Positions 1-10,222 of a DNA stretch of 64,000 bases are shown here, piece by piece. Position 1 is the first letter of the stretch. Every line of letters starts with the position of its first letter. Made by a program: the position numbers and the translations under genes. The DNA is taken from NCBI GenBank assembly GCA_043228905.1, contig JBHGNT010000001.1:9486001-9550000 (forward strand). Reading direction: 5' to 3'. The DNA is from Azolla caroliniana (taxonomy: Eukaryota > Plantae > Polypodiophyta). The notes under the pieces were generated by a model. The model saw only the letters and a list, made by a program, of their open reading frames with translations, had not been told where the DNA came from and made no database searches.

Positions 1-221
1 GATTTTATCTCCTTTGTATTGTCTTGATATTGGAATATCATAACAATCTTATCTCTTTCTCATCTTCTCTATCTTTTTTCTTAATTTCTTGAGTCTCTCT
101 CTCTCTAATTCGTAGATACCTTGATCTATATAATATATTATGAGTCACAACTCCATCTAACCGGTTTGGTCAAGCCCTCATATAGTGTAAGATTACCCTT
201 TGTCTTAAACACCCTATCACT

Positions 222-857
222 ATGGTCTACATGAGAACAGACATAGCTTTTGTTGTGGGAACAGTAAGCCGATACATGAGTAATCCAAGAAGAGAACATT
301 GGGCAGCGGTGAAGTGGATACTCATGTACTTGAAAGGCACCTCGAGAGTATGCCTTAGGTATGGTGTCGGGAAACCTATGCTTGAAGGGTTTACCGACTC
401 GGACATGTTAGGGGATGTAGACTCAAGTTGATCCACATCAGGGTACGTGATGACCTATGCAGGGGGAGCAGTATCGTGGCAGTCACGACTGCAGAAGTCG
501 GTTACCTTGTCAACCATAGAGGCAGAGTATATGGCAGCGGTGGAGGCCGGCAAAGAACTTATTTGGATGAGAAATTTTCTCAATGAGTTGGGGATGAAGC
601 AAAGGGAGTTCTTGCTTCATTGTGACAGCCAGAGTGCCATACATCTAGCAAAGAATGTTGCATACCACTCCCGAACCAAGCATATACAAAGGAGATCTCA
701 TTGGTTACAGGAGAAAGTGGAAGAAGGAGAGTTTACCCTTGTGAAGATCCATACTGATGACAATGGATTCGACATGATGACAAAAAACCTACCGATGGAC
801 AGACTCAGAATCTATCAACAGAGGACGGTAATAACGGACCCCTCCCCACTGGAGTGA
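222..857 (+). pseudogene. Copia pol C-terminus (RT/RNase H), 5'-truncated, with an in-frame stop
   Basis: Motifs RTDIAFVVGTVSRYMSNP, GFTDSD, SWQSRLQKSVTLSTIEAEY, CDSQSAIHLAKN..YHSRTKHI. TGA at 429-431. Confidence 0.93.
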
Positions 858-865
858 AGGGGGAG
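851..865 (+). promoter_or_regulatory. Polypurine tract of the Copia element
   Basis: GGAGTGAAGGGGGAG just before the LTR start TGTTAGG at 868. Confidence 0.85.
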
Positions 866-1794
866 TTTGTTAGGAATATGTCCCTTTAGTGGGAGGAGCC
901 GACTACTCAGAAAGAGCCGATAGTCAAAGACAAGGGAGTAGCCGACTAATCGGATGAGAGCCGACACCTGAGGAGTCAACTCTGAGAGAGTCGACATGGA
1001 GAATTGATCGAGGTCGAAGCCACGACCGGCTAGTCGGGCCGACCGGATGGTCGATGATTAGGCCAACTAGTCGAACCGACCTGATAGTCGACGAATGAGT
1101 CGGTTGATTAGTAAGACTATTACATGATTGTAAATAGCCCATTCTATTTATTAGTATAAATACACGTAGGGCAAACAAAATAGTGTATGAATTGAGTGAG
1201 TGAGGGGCACCATAGTGAGTGAGTGAACAGAATAGTAGAGGGGTAAAAGCATGCGAGTGGAAACACTAGTATAGCTAATTAACTACTAAAATGGCCATAG
1301 CTAATTAGCTATTTGTTTAGCTAGTCTTTTTTGTGGGAAAATCAAATATTTGAAAAACTAATTTATGAAAAAACTCAAATATTTGAACTTCTGTTTCAGA
1401 CGTAGTGGAACTTGGGGAATAACACCATCATCTAAGGTCGACTTCAATGTCATCAATTTCCTGTTTAGCCTAAGTTTGATTTTGAACGCAGATGGAGTAC
1501 GCAGAGCACGAACGCAGACGTAGCTCCCGCAGCAGCAGAAAATCAACATTGCAGATTCAGAGCTACAACATAGAACCCACTCGATCATCGTCTAGGTATG
1601 TTTCAGTTACAGAAACCCCAAACATTTGTTTTTTCTTTTTTACTACTGTTTGAACTTTGGTGCCGATTCATATTTCCCCAAATCAAATAGGGCGAAGTCC
1701 TTAGAGTCCCATACAAGGATGTCTCGTAGATCGGGGAGTAGCAGCAGGTGTGTTTATATTACTTTTTTTGTGTTTAATCCTATCTTTAGTGATG

Positions 1795-2292
1795 ATTAGG
1801 GTTTCTGATTGAAATTTCTTATTAGGGTTTTTGTTTATAAATTTCGGATTAGGGTTTGTGATTGAAATTTCGGATTACGATTTCTGATTGAAATTTCTGA
1901 TTAGGGTTTTTTATTATAAATTTTTCATTAGAATTTCTGAATAGGGTTTCTGGTTACAAATTTTGATTACAGATTAGAATTTTTGAATAGGGTTTTTGTT
2001 TATAAATTTCTTATTAGAATTTCTGATTAGGGTTTGTGATTGAAATTTTTGATTAGCGTTTTTGATTGAAATTTTTGATTAGGGTTTTTTATTATAAATT
2101 TCTGATTAGAATTTCTGAATAGGGTTTCTGGTTACAAACTTCTGATTACAAATTTTGATTAGGGTTTCTGATTTCAAACTTCTGATTACAGATTTTGATT
2201 AGGGTTTCTGATTTCAAATTTCTGAATACAATTTATGATTAGGGTTTCTGATTTCAAATTTCTGAATACAAATTATGATTAGGGTTTTTGAT
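1795..2292 (+). repeat. Degenerate minisatellite containing TTAGGG (GATTAGGGTTTCTGATTGAAATTTCT-like), probably intronic
   Basis: Many GATTAGGGTTT copies between a donor-like AG|GTGTGT (~1748) and the acceptor TTTCAG|ATG (2398). Confidence 0.85.
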
Positions 2293-2398
2293 TTGCTAAG
2301 TAATGATTTTGCACTATTTCTGTTGTTGTTGATTGGGGTTTCTGATTTGGACATATTCTGATTTTGCACTATTTCTGATTTCTGAAATGATATTTCAG

Positions 2399-3744
2399 AT
2401 GGCTCGTTCCTCCGTATCCGAGAGTGCTAAACTTCGCAAAATTTTGCAGACAAAGGAGGACTTCCACAACACCTATGGTCTATCACTCGAGGGTGTTGAC
2501 CCTGTTGTCCTAAGTGATAAATTGATCAGTGATGTAGACCGGATGACAATATATATAGTGCCTAGAGTCAAAGGCAAGGTCAAGTTGAAGCATGTACGAG
2601 CTAACTTGTACGATGACTGCATGAGGCTGCACCAAAATGTTCATCAGGAGATCCCAGTCAACAATGAGTTGTCAGTTTCATTTGCTAGAGCATTTGCATA
2701 TGAGTACTGCAAAACAACGAAGGAATCCAGAGACCCTGAAATGTATAGGGTAGCTTGGGCAATCTATGGTGAGGCATCGGTAAAAAGATGTTGAAAGATG
2801 GGGACCTTGGCACAAAAAATAGACAGATTTTGGAGCATGGTAGCTGTTGATGCAACTGCCGACTCCCAACAAAATCGGGGGCATACACCACACCGACACC
2901 CAAGGAAAGCCAATGTCGATGATACAGGTGAGACATTGGTTAGCTATATGCTAAAAAATGTCCATGAAACCTGTGAGACATTGGCATTTTTTAAGACTAA
3001 TTTAGAGAAAGCCACAATGGCTTTTGCAATGGAGAGCAAAGTTACTTCCGTTGTTACAACGATTAGAAATAAGATTCAGGTAACTATTGTTTTGTTGGTA
3101 TGTGATTGTGTTATAAATAACTTTAAGGGTAAAATCTGCTAATAAAGCATTATCTGGAATAGGTTGCGCAACAGGAGCTTGAATTAGAGGGGCCACTGGA
3201 TCCCCAGCGTAAAATACAACTGCAAACAGAGATCCAGGTTCTTTCAATGAACCTAGACCTTCTAGGTGTAAATATTGTTGCAGATTACAATTTGGAAAAG
3301 CTTCAAGTAAGTTAACGATTCCTGAGCAAAGTTGGTGTATCTTTCTCAAATAGGAATAATTAATCGGTAAATTTCTCTGTTGCGTTGAAGGAACAATACA
3401 TTCATCAAGAACAGGTAATTAGCTGCCTTAAGAAGCAGCTACATTTTGTGGAGGGAATGGTACAGAGCAGACAGGATTTGGACCTGAACATTCTTGCTCC
3501 CTTACCAAATGAAGGAGAACCAGAAAATGATTTATTGACAGTTCAAGCACGTTGCATCGCTTGCGGGTTAGGTGTGGAGGACAAAACTGCGTCTTTGTTG
3601 GTTCACCTACAACCATGCAACCACACATACCATCTGCTTTGTTTTCAACATGCCTGTCGAATTGTTGCATTCTGTTTGGGAGATTGTAGTACAGCTCTAC
3701 CAAATGAGTGGAGAAAACTAACAGGTATACCATACTGTAGCTAA
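2399..3744 (+). pseudogene. Spliced, degraded gene: unknown N-terminal domain, coiled coil, C-terminal RING-H2 finger
   Basis: MARSSVSES... runs in frame through one TGA (2792-2794). Likely intron ~3080-3162 (CAG|GTAACT...ATAG|GTT). C-terminus CIACG-x-PCNHTYHLLC-x10-CLGDC fits the C3H2C3 pattern. Confidence 0.6.
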
Positions 3745-4600
3745 TAAGCTTAGTCTTTTCTAATTAGCTAAGCCGTAAAAAGTATGGAAACTATTTTGCT
3801 GCTATCGTTGTAGCTAATTAGCTACTACCATAGTTTATTAAAGCAGCTAATAGCTATCCTATTAGCTAATTAGCTACTACCATAGTTTATTAAAGCAGCT
3901 AATAGCTATCCTATTAGCTAATTAGCTACTGCCATAGTTTACTATAGTAGTTAATTAGCTAAGTGGCAGTTAGTTAGCTACTAGCTAATTAGCTATCCTA
4001 CTGGCAGCTAATTAGCTACTGGCAGCTAGTTAGCTACTAGCTAATTAGCTACTCATAGCTAATAAGCTAGTACCATAGTTGTGTAAAGTAGCTAATTAGC
4101 TATCCTACTAGCTAATTAGCTATTGGCAGCTAATGAGCTACTAGCTAATTAGCTATCCTAGTAGTTAATTAGCTATTGTACTGCTAATTAGCTATCCTAG
4201 TAGATAATTAGCTATCGTACTGCTAATTAGCTATCCTAGTAGCTAATTAGCTACTCATGGCTAATTAGCTAGTACCATAGTTGTGTAAACTAGCTAATTA
4301 GCTATCCTACTAGTTAATTAGCTATCCTAGTAGCTAATAAGCTATCCTAGCTACTACATAGTTGAGATTGTAGCTAATTAGCTATCCTAGTAGCTAATAA
4401 GCTATCCTAGCTACTACATAGTTGAGATTGTAGCTAATTAGCTATCCTAGCTACTACCATAGTTGAGTAAGGTAGCTAATTAGCTATCCTAGCTATTACC
4501 ATAATTGAGAAAAGTAGCTAATTAGCTATCCTAGTAGCTAATTAGCTATCCTAGCTACTACCATAGTTGAGTAAAGTAGCTAATTAGCTATCCTAAATAG
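3735..4600. repeat. Array of the palindrome TAGCTAATTAGCTA with higher-order duplications
   Basis: Dozens of copies are visible. A 60-bp exact duplication spans 4321-4440. Confidence 0.95.
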
Positions 4601-4617
4601 CTGCCATGTTATTGTAG

Positions 4618-5153
4618 AATCTTGTGGATTAAGGACGACACATGATGTGTCTGGTGTTGATGACGCTGCAATAGATGAGGATACTGCTGCCAACGTGGCT
4701 GAAAGTAAGAGTCCTGCTATCACATCTCCTTCAGATCAGCTCCACCCTATTCTTTTGGAACAGTGTACTGAATTAGGCAACGTTGTGAAATGCCATCAAA
4801 TAGTGGAAACAACATGTAAAACTGAGGTTCACAACAACAATGTTTATGAACACTTGATGCAACATTTCTTCGAATCTCAAGACCTTGATTCCACCCCACC
4901 GAGCCCAACTACTGAAAATGTCCAAACAGATCCCTCTGTACTTGAAAAGCTAGCGCAAGAAACGGTTGATGTGCAATTAGCTGCTAATGCGATGGGAAGT
5001 TTGTCGGAGGAGGACACACTTGCGCATTGGGTGAAAGAAGCAAGGCTAAATGCGCAACCGACCAAAAAAAGGCTGAAGAAGGGGCCACAATCGGGAACAA
5101 GCCCAGTTACTCGGTCAAGGGGCCCAAACGTAGTGGAGCGAAATATTGTTTAG
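4618..5153 (+). pseudogene. Low-complexity acidic, S/P-rich ORF or exon with a basic NLS-like motif, inside the insertion
   Basis: 168-aa ORF after an acceptor-like TTGTAG, containing PTKKRLKKG. No family recognised. Confidence 0.4.
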
Positions 5154-5686
5154 TTGGATATGATTGTTAGCTTAGGGATTTTGCTAGGGTTTTATGAAGT
5201 TTTACTATCCTGTTGGACAAGTAAAACCTCAGATTGGTTGTTGCTTGATCCACATTATGTAATGGAACTCTATGATGTTTTTCCAAGATAATTTGAAGAG
5301 TGTTGTTCTATGACTGAAACTCTTTGATGTTCAGGATGTTGTTTTGTGAGACTGTTAGTTACTTTGTGAGTGTGAATAGGTTGGTGTTTTTTGATGTTGT
5401 AGAGTCTAAAGGGTTTAATTCTATTGCCCGTAAGGCCGATGGCAGTGTGGATACTGTTGATGTTGCAGCGTGTTTAAAGGGCCCCATCTTGAAAGTAGAT
5501 GTAGCAACTGACACAAGTGATCTGGTCACACAAGTTGATCAAGCATGTTGCACGAATGACTTGATGTTGTAGCTAGATGCAGCATGTTGCACGGATGACT
5601 TGATGTTGTAGGTAGATGCAGCATGTGATACCAGTGGACTGATATCGAGCAGATCAGTAGCTACATGCACCGAGGTAATCCAAGGA

Positions 5687-6418
5687 TTGATAACTAAGTC
5701 GACAAAACAAGAGCACCAGAATGTGAAGCCAGGCCCAACACAGTCGACTAGGGGTTTGGAGAGGAAAAGGACGCCAGTTGTGTCGGCCGAACCTGAGCTG
5801 ATTGAGATTGATCGTGTCCTACCAGAAAATGGTGTAACAGCGGCTCAGTTTCAGGAATGGAAACCTAAACCACTAGAAGTCGAAAGAAGAGCCTTGATCT
5901 TGGAGCTTGATAAAGTCTTGATGAGTGTGAGATATATGCAGCCAAGGAGGGACGCGAATCAGTTTCTAGAGTGGGCTGTGCAATACTTTGATTTGTTTAT
6001 TTGGAGTGAAAAACCAAAATCAGATGTGTGGAAGTGTTTAGTGAGATTCTTCCCAAAATGGTGAAGTCATTTTAAAGGTCAATGGGCACGAGAAAATTGT
6101 GAGCAAATGGAAGCTGCAAGATTCAAGAGACTTTTTTATTTTTGGGCTACTTGGCCTGAATATAATGCCGACAACACATTGATTTTGGATACAGAACATT
6201 TCCGGCACTACTTCAATATTCGGAAATGTTGTCTCATTCTACCCGAGGAAATGCCTGAATAGTACCTGGTGCAAACAGTGAGCTGCCAACTAGGTGCATG
6301 GTTGTGGACTCCATACCAAGCTCGATATGCGGATAATATATGTAGACTCGTTCCACTGACTAGCAAGAGCTTAGCTGTTTATAGGAGATTTGTAGACATT
6401 TCCAATGGTAATTTATAA
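5687..6418 (+). pseudogene. FCP1/SCP (NIF, HAD-superfamily) phosphatase-like domain, degenerate, with two in-frame stops
   Basis: RALILELDKVL (DxDxT position), PRRDANQFLEWAVQYFDLFIWS, W.RENC, KRLFYFW...YNADNTLILD...FN. Motif order matches the NIF domain. Stops at 6062-6064 (TGA) and ~6260 (TAG). Confidence 0.65.
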
Positions 6419-7833
6419 ATATGTAAAGAGATGACACTATTCAATGAAGAATTTAATTACTTGTTCCCACTGTACTTATCTACTGTGTAATTTGAGGAAT
6501 ATGTTGCATATTGCTGATTTTATGCTAGTGCTTTATTTAACTGTATTTTCGAAATACATGTTTGTTTTACACGAAAAGATGGTAATTGCTACTTGTAGCT
6601 ACAAGTTCCATGGCATACTATTGTACATGGTTCTATTGACAGCTAATTAGCTACTGGTTGATTGCAATATTGGAGTAGCTAATTAGCTATTCTAGTAAAC
6701 CTGAGTAAACCTGAATACAACTAATTAGCTATTGGTGACTATTTAGCTATTGACAGCTAATTAGCTGCATTTGTACAACTAATTAGCTACTGATGACTAT
6801 TTCGCTATAACTTATAACTTAAAACTTAACAAAAAAGACATGATTTTATTGAGAAAGAAGCACAAAAAGCAGACTATATACAAGAAATTGATTCTCAAAC
6901 GAACATGTTTAATTGTTTTCACGAAATACATGTTTTTTTTACAAGAGAACATGGTAACTGCTACTTGTAGCTACAAATTCCATGGCATACTATTGTAAAT
7001 ACATTCATACACATTAGCACCAACAGTGTATAAACCTGAGCAGCCATAGTTGTGTTCGTAACAGCAGATGTAAAGAGCCTTGTGAAGTTGATACACTCCA
7101 CACACAGAGTGTTGTACTCTAATCTCTTCGTTGTATATCCAATGTATAGTGAAGTTTTGTTCTCCGTAGTTTTCTCCCGTTATAGGGTTTCCACATTAAA
7201 TCTATTTACACTCTTTTTTGTGTTTCCAAGTTGTGCAATTCAATGTATTCTTTTCTTGTGAAATAATGATAGTTGTGTGTAGTGACTTTCCACGTATTCT
7301 TCCTTGGTCTCGATTGCGTTTGTCGCTATCGTATTTGAACAACCTGATCGGCTTTTTTCCTTACGTCTCGGTTGAGTGTGTTTTCTCTTTATCAAATCGA
7401 TGATGACATGATTGTGGAATTATCTATTTCCTATCGTGAAGATCTCTCCTAGAGTGAACTCTATGTGATTGTCAATTATCCTCTCCTCCACCACTTGCTT
7501 AAGGTATATTGTTTGCTCTATTTTGGGACAAAGTTTGAAGGTTCATCCAACCTTATCTTTTCCTTTTCCATTGTCAGTCAAGGTTGAAACTAATAGAGTA
7601 TGTGGCCGGCCACAACTTGTTAGCACCCATAAATGAGGAACATGAAGAACAAAAGAAAAAGAAAAATAGCGAGACACAATATTTAATGTGGAAACCCTAA
7701 ATGGCAAAAACCACGGGAATCCACAAACTCCAAACTGGATCACTATATATAAGAGGAGTACAACCATAGACTCTAAGGAAACAACCTCAAGCTTCTCTTC
7801 GTCTGGCGACGGTTATAAAGTATCTCGAGCTCT

Positions 7834-9949
7834 CTTGTCTATACATTGTAAGAATTTATATGAGTTATCTCTTGCCGGAAAGATGATGTGTTATGGTTCT
7901 CTTTCACATATGCCTCCCTTCTTTAAAATTGAAGATATATGCAAAGGACTTAAGAAATTGGCCTCTCGAAAGGCAAGCGATCTTCAATGTATAAAGGCTA
8001 AAATGCTCAAATGGACGGGAAAGGAACCACATGTATGGATAAGCGATATGTTTAATGATGCATTGCAACATGGTATGCCGTACGATTGGACCACAAATTC
8101 GATCAAACCTTTACATAAAGGTGGAGTTGTAAATAATGTAAACAACTATCGAACCATCATGGTTGGCTCCTTAATGACAAAACTGTTTGGATGTATAATG
8201 GACTCAAAGATAAGTGTATAGGTTGAAAAAAATGGTAAGAGAGCTTATGGACAAGCGAGCTTTCGAAAACATCATAGCATCATTGATCACCTTATCACCC
8301 TTCGAGTATTAATGGAGGAAAGTCGCCTTAGAGGTAAAGGTTTATATTGTTGCTTTGTAAACTTCAAGAAAGCTTTTGATATCTTTGGAGGCAAATGGAA
8401 TAACTTGAGGTGCCAAGTGAATATATGTTTGCAATTTCCCGAATTTATGAAAAGGTTATATGTTGTGTGTGCATGAGAGATAAACTTTCAGATTTTTTCA
8501 AAAGCACTATTGGTGTTAAGCAAGGATGCCCACTCTCACCAACACTATTTGGTCTATGCATTGATGAATTGGAAGAAATGGTTCCCAAGTTTGCAAAGGA
8601 AGAATGTGTTGAAGAAGTTGCCATTGGGAATGTTGTGATTATGCTTTTGCTATATGTAGATGATGTAGTGCTTTTTGCAAATACTTTAGGAGATGCACAA
8701 AAGCTTATGAAGGCATTGGAAAAAAAATCATGCATACTAAATTAAGTGTCAATAGCTCTAAAACAAAGATTATGCTTGTGAAGAGCCATAAAAGAGATGA
8801 ACCATGCATTATGTACAACAATGAGCCACTTAAATGTGTGGAAAGTTTCAAATATCTTGGCCTTGAAGTTCCTTCAAATCATAGATGGAATCAATGTGCT
8901 ACACGCCCCTTAGAGGCGGGTAAGTGAGCATACTATCCATTTGAGAACACATGCAATCTTCGAGATATTAAGTGTTGGGTCCTCAAGAAATATCTTTTCG
9001 ACACTTTGGTGACACCGGTTCTTCTCTATGGGGTGGAAGTATGGGGTGGTAGCATCCCTAAATCTGTGGAAAGAGTTTGAAAATGTCCAAAAACATTTTC
9101 TTACAAAGTTTCTACAAGTTAAGAAACAAATGCCCTACACCCTCGTCCTCCTTGAGATGGGATCGCTTCCCATTGAGATCATGACCATGGAAAGGGTTGT
9201 TGAATACTTTCTTAAGGTTCAAAAAAGTCCCTCACATCGACTTCCTAGAATTGTGTGGGAAGCAAGCAAAAAGATCCAAAAGACCCATAAAAGCAAAATT
9301 TTGTGTTCCGGTTGGATGCAAGATATAGAAAAATGGTTTGGTAGATGGGATGCGAGACACTTGCTTCATGATGCATCATTAGATTCCTCTGTAAATGAGG
9401 CCTTTTTGCAACGCTAATGTATCATGACATGGGACAAATATGGAGGCTCACGCTTCACACATTATACTACACATGTTGCACCTAACTATAGAACCATATT
9501 CTTTGCGGAACGGGGAAATCGTATACATCGATACATGTTAGAGCCCATACCGTTATCTGCCATTCAAACAATTGCTTCCATGCGACTTAGCTCACATGCA
9601 TTGCGATGTGAGACAGGGTGTTGGGGCACAAGTGATGAGAGTGGTCGGTTATGCACACTTTGCCCTAAACAAGTTCGCCAGTCTGAGTATCACACTTTGA
9701 TACAATGCTCTGCCTTTGATCATATTCGACCATGCTTTCCACATCTCTTCGACTGAGCCCAATCCTTGCATGAATTCCTCTCATAACCACAATGTGCACT
9801 CTCGATTGCAACATTCATTGGTAAAGTTCTTGAACATCGAGAGTCACTACTCACTTTCACACGTATCACGTGAATTGTAATATTTTTGGTCTCATAGGTC
9901 ATATTTGACCTCCAAAGACGATAATATAATCTATCTATCTATCTATCTC
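7834..9949 (+). mobile_element. 5'-truncated LINE, RTE/RTEX-like (RT plus C-terminal CCHC), frameshifted
   Basis: PLHKGG..NNYRTI, GVKQGCPLSPTLFG, LLYVDD, ESFKYLG, RLSSHALRCETG..CTLC..EYHTLIQC. Ends in (CTAT)n. Near-identical to 47060-48570. Confidence 0.9.
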
Positions 9950-10222
9950 TTTTTTGGTGAAAACACACAATTATATTAATAAATGTGTGAAAAAAACACT
10001 ACTTACAATAGGTGTGACAAGGGAGTATGGTCACCCACTAACTATACACTACATGGGTAGTGGAACATGTTGAATTGCCAATAGGCAAGATGAACACTCC
10101 ACCGAGGAAAGAATTTCCACTTGCTCCAACAAAGAAAATTGCCACATTAGTACTCCCTTTAACTTTCGTAGATATGCTTTCACTCCATGTCTACCGTCGA
10201 ATACAAAAGCATTGCGCATATT

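Larger units (their letters stand above)
1269..6990 (+). mobile_element. Unclassified ~5.7-kb insertion with cargo genes and palindromic arrays
   Basis: Interrupts an LTR. Ends are GTAT...ATAC flanked by TA (ACTA at both junctions). TAGCTAATTAGCTA motifs lie near both ends and internally. No transposase recognised. Confidence 0.6.
868..7394 (+). mobile_element. Copia 3' LTR, split into 868-1268 and ~6991-7394 by a 5.7-kb insertion
   Basis: Starts TG after the PPT. Has TTGTAAATAGCCC...AGTATAAATA...AGGGCAAAC like other LTRs here. The right part has GGGTTTCCAC and CTCGGTTG...TATCA, matching the 3' halves of related LTRs. Right end is approximate. Confidence 0.7.

Noticed and set aside
5541-5627. 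39-bp tandem duplication inside the unknown element
   Set aside because: An in-frame-length local duplication in a low-complexity region, with no separate significance evident.
1264-7151. CACTA element (CACTA at 1264, TAGTG at ~7147)
   Set aside because: Only 5 bp match, there is no exact 3-bp TSD (AAA vs AAG), and the right site lies inside LTR sequence.
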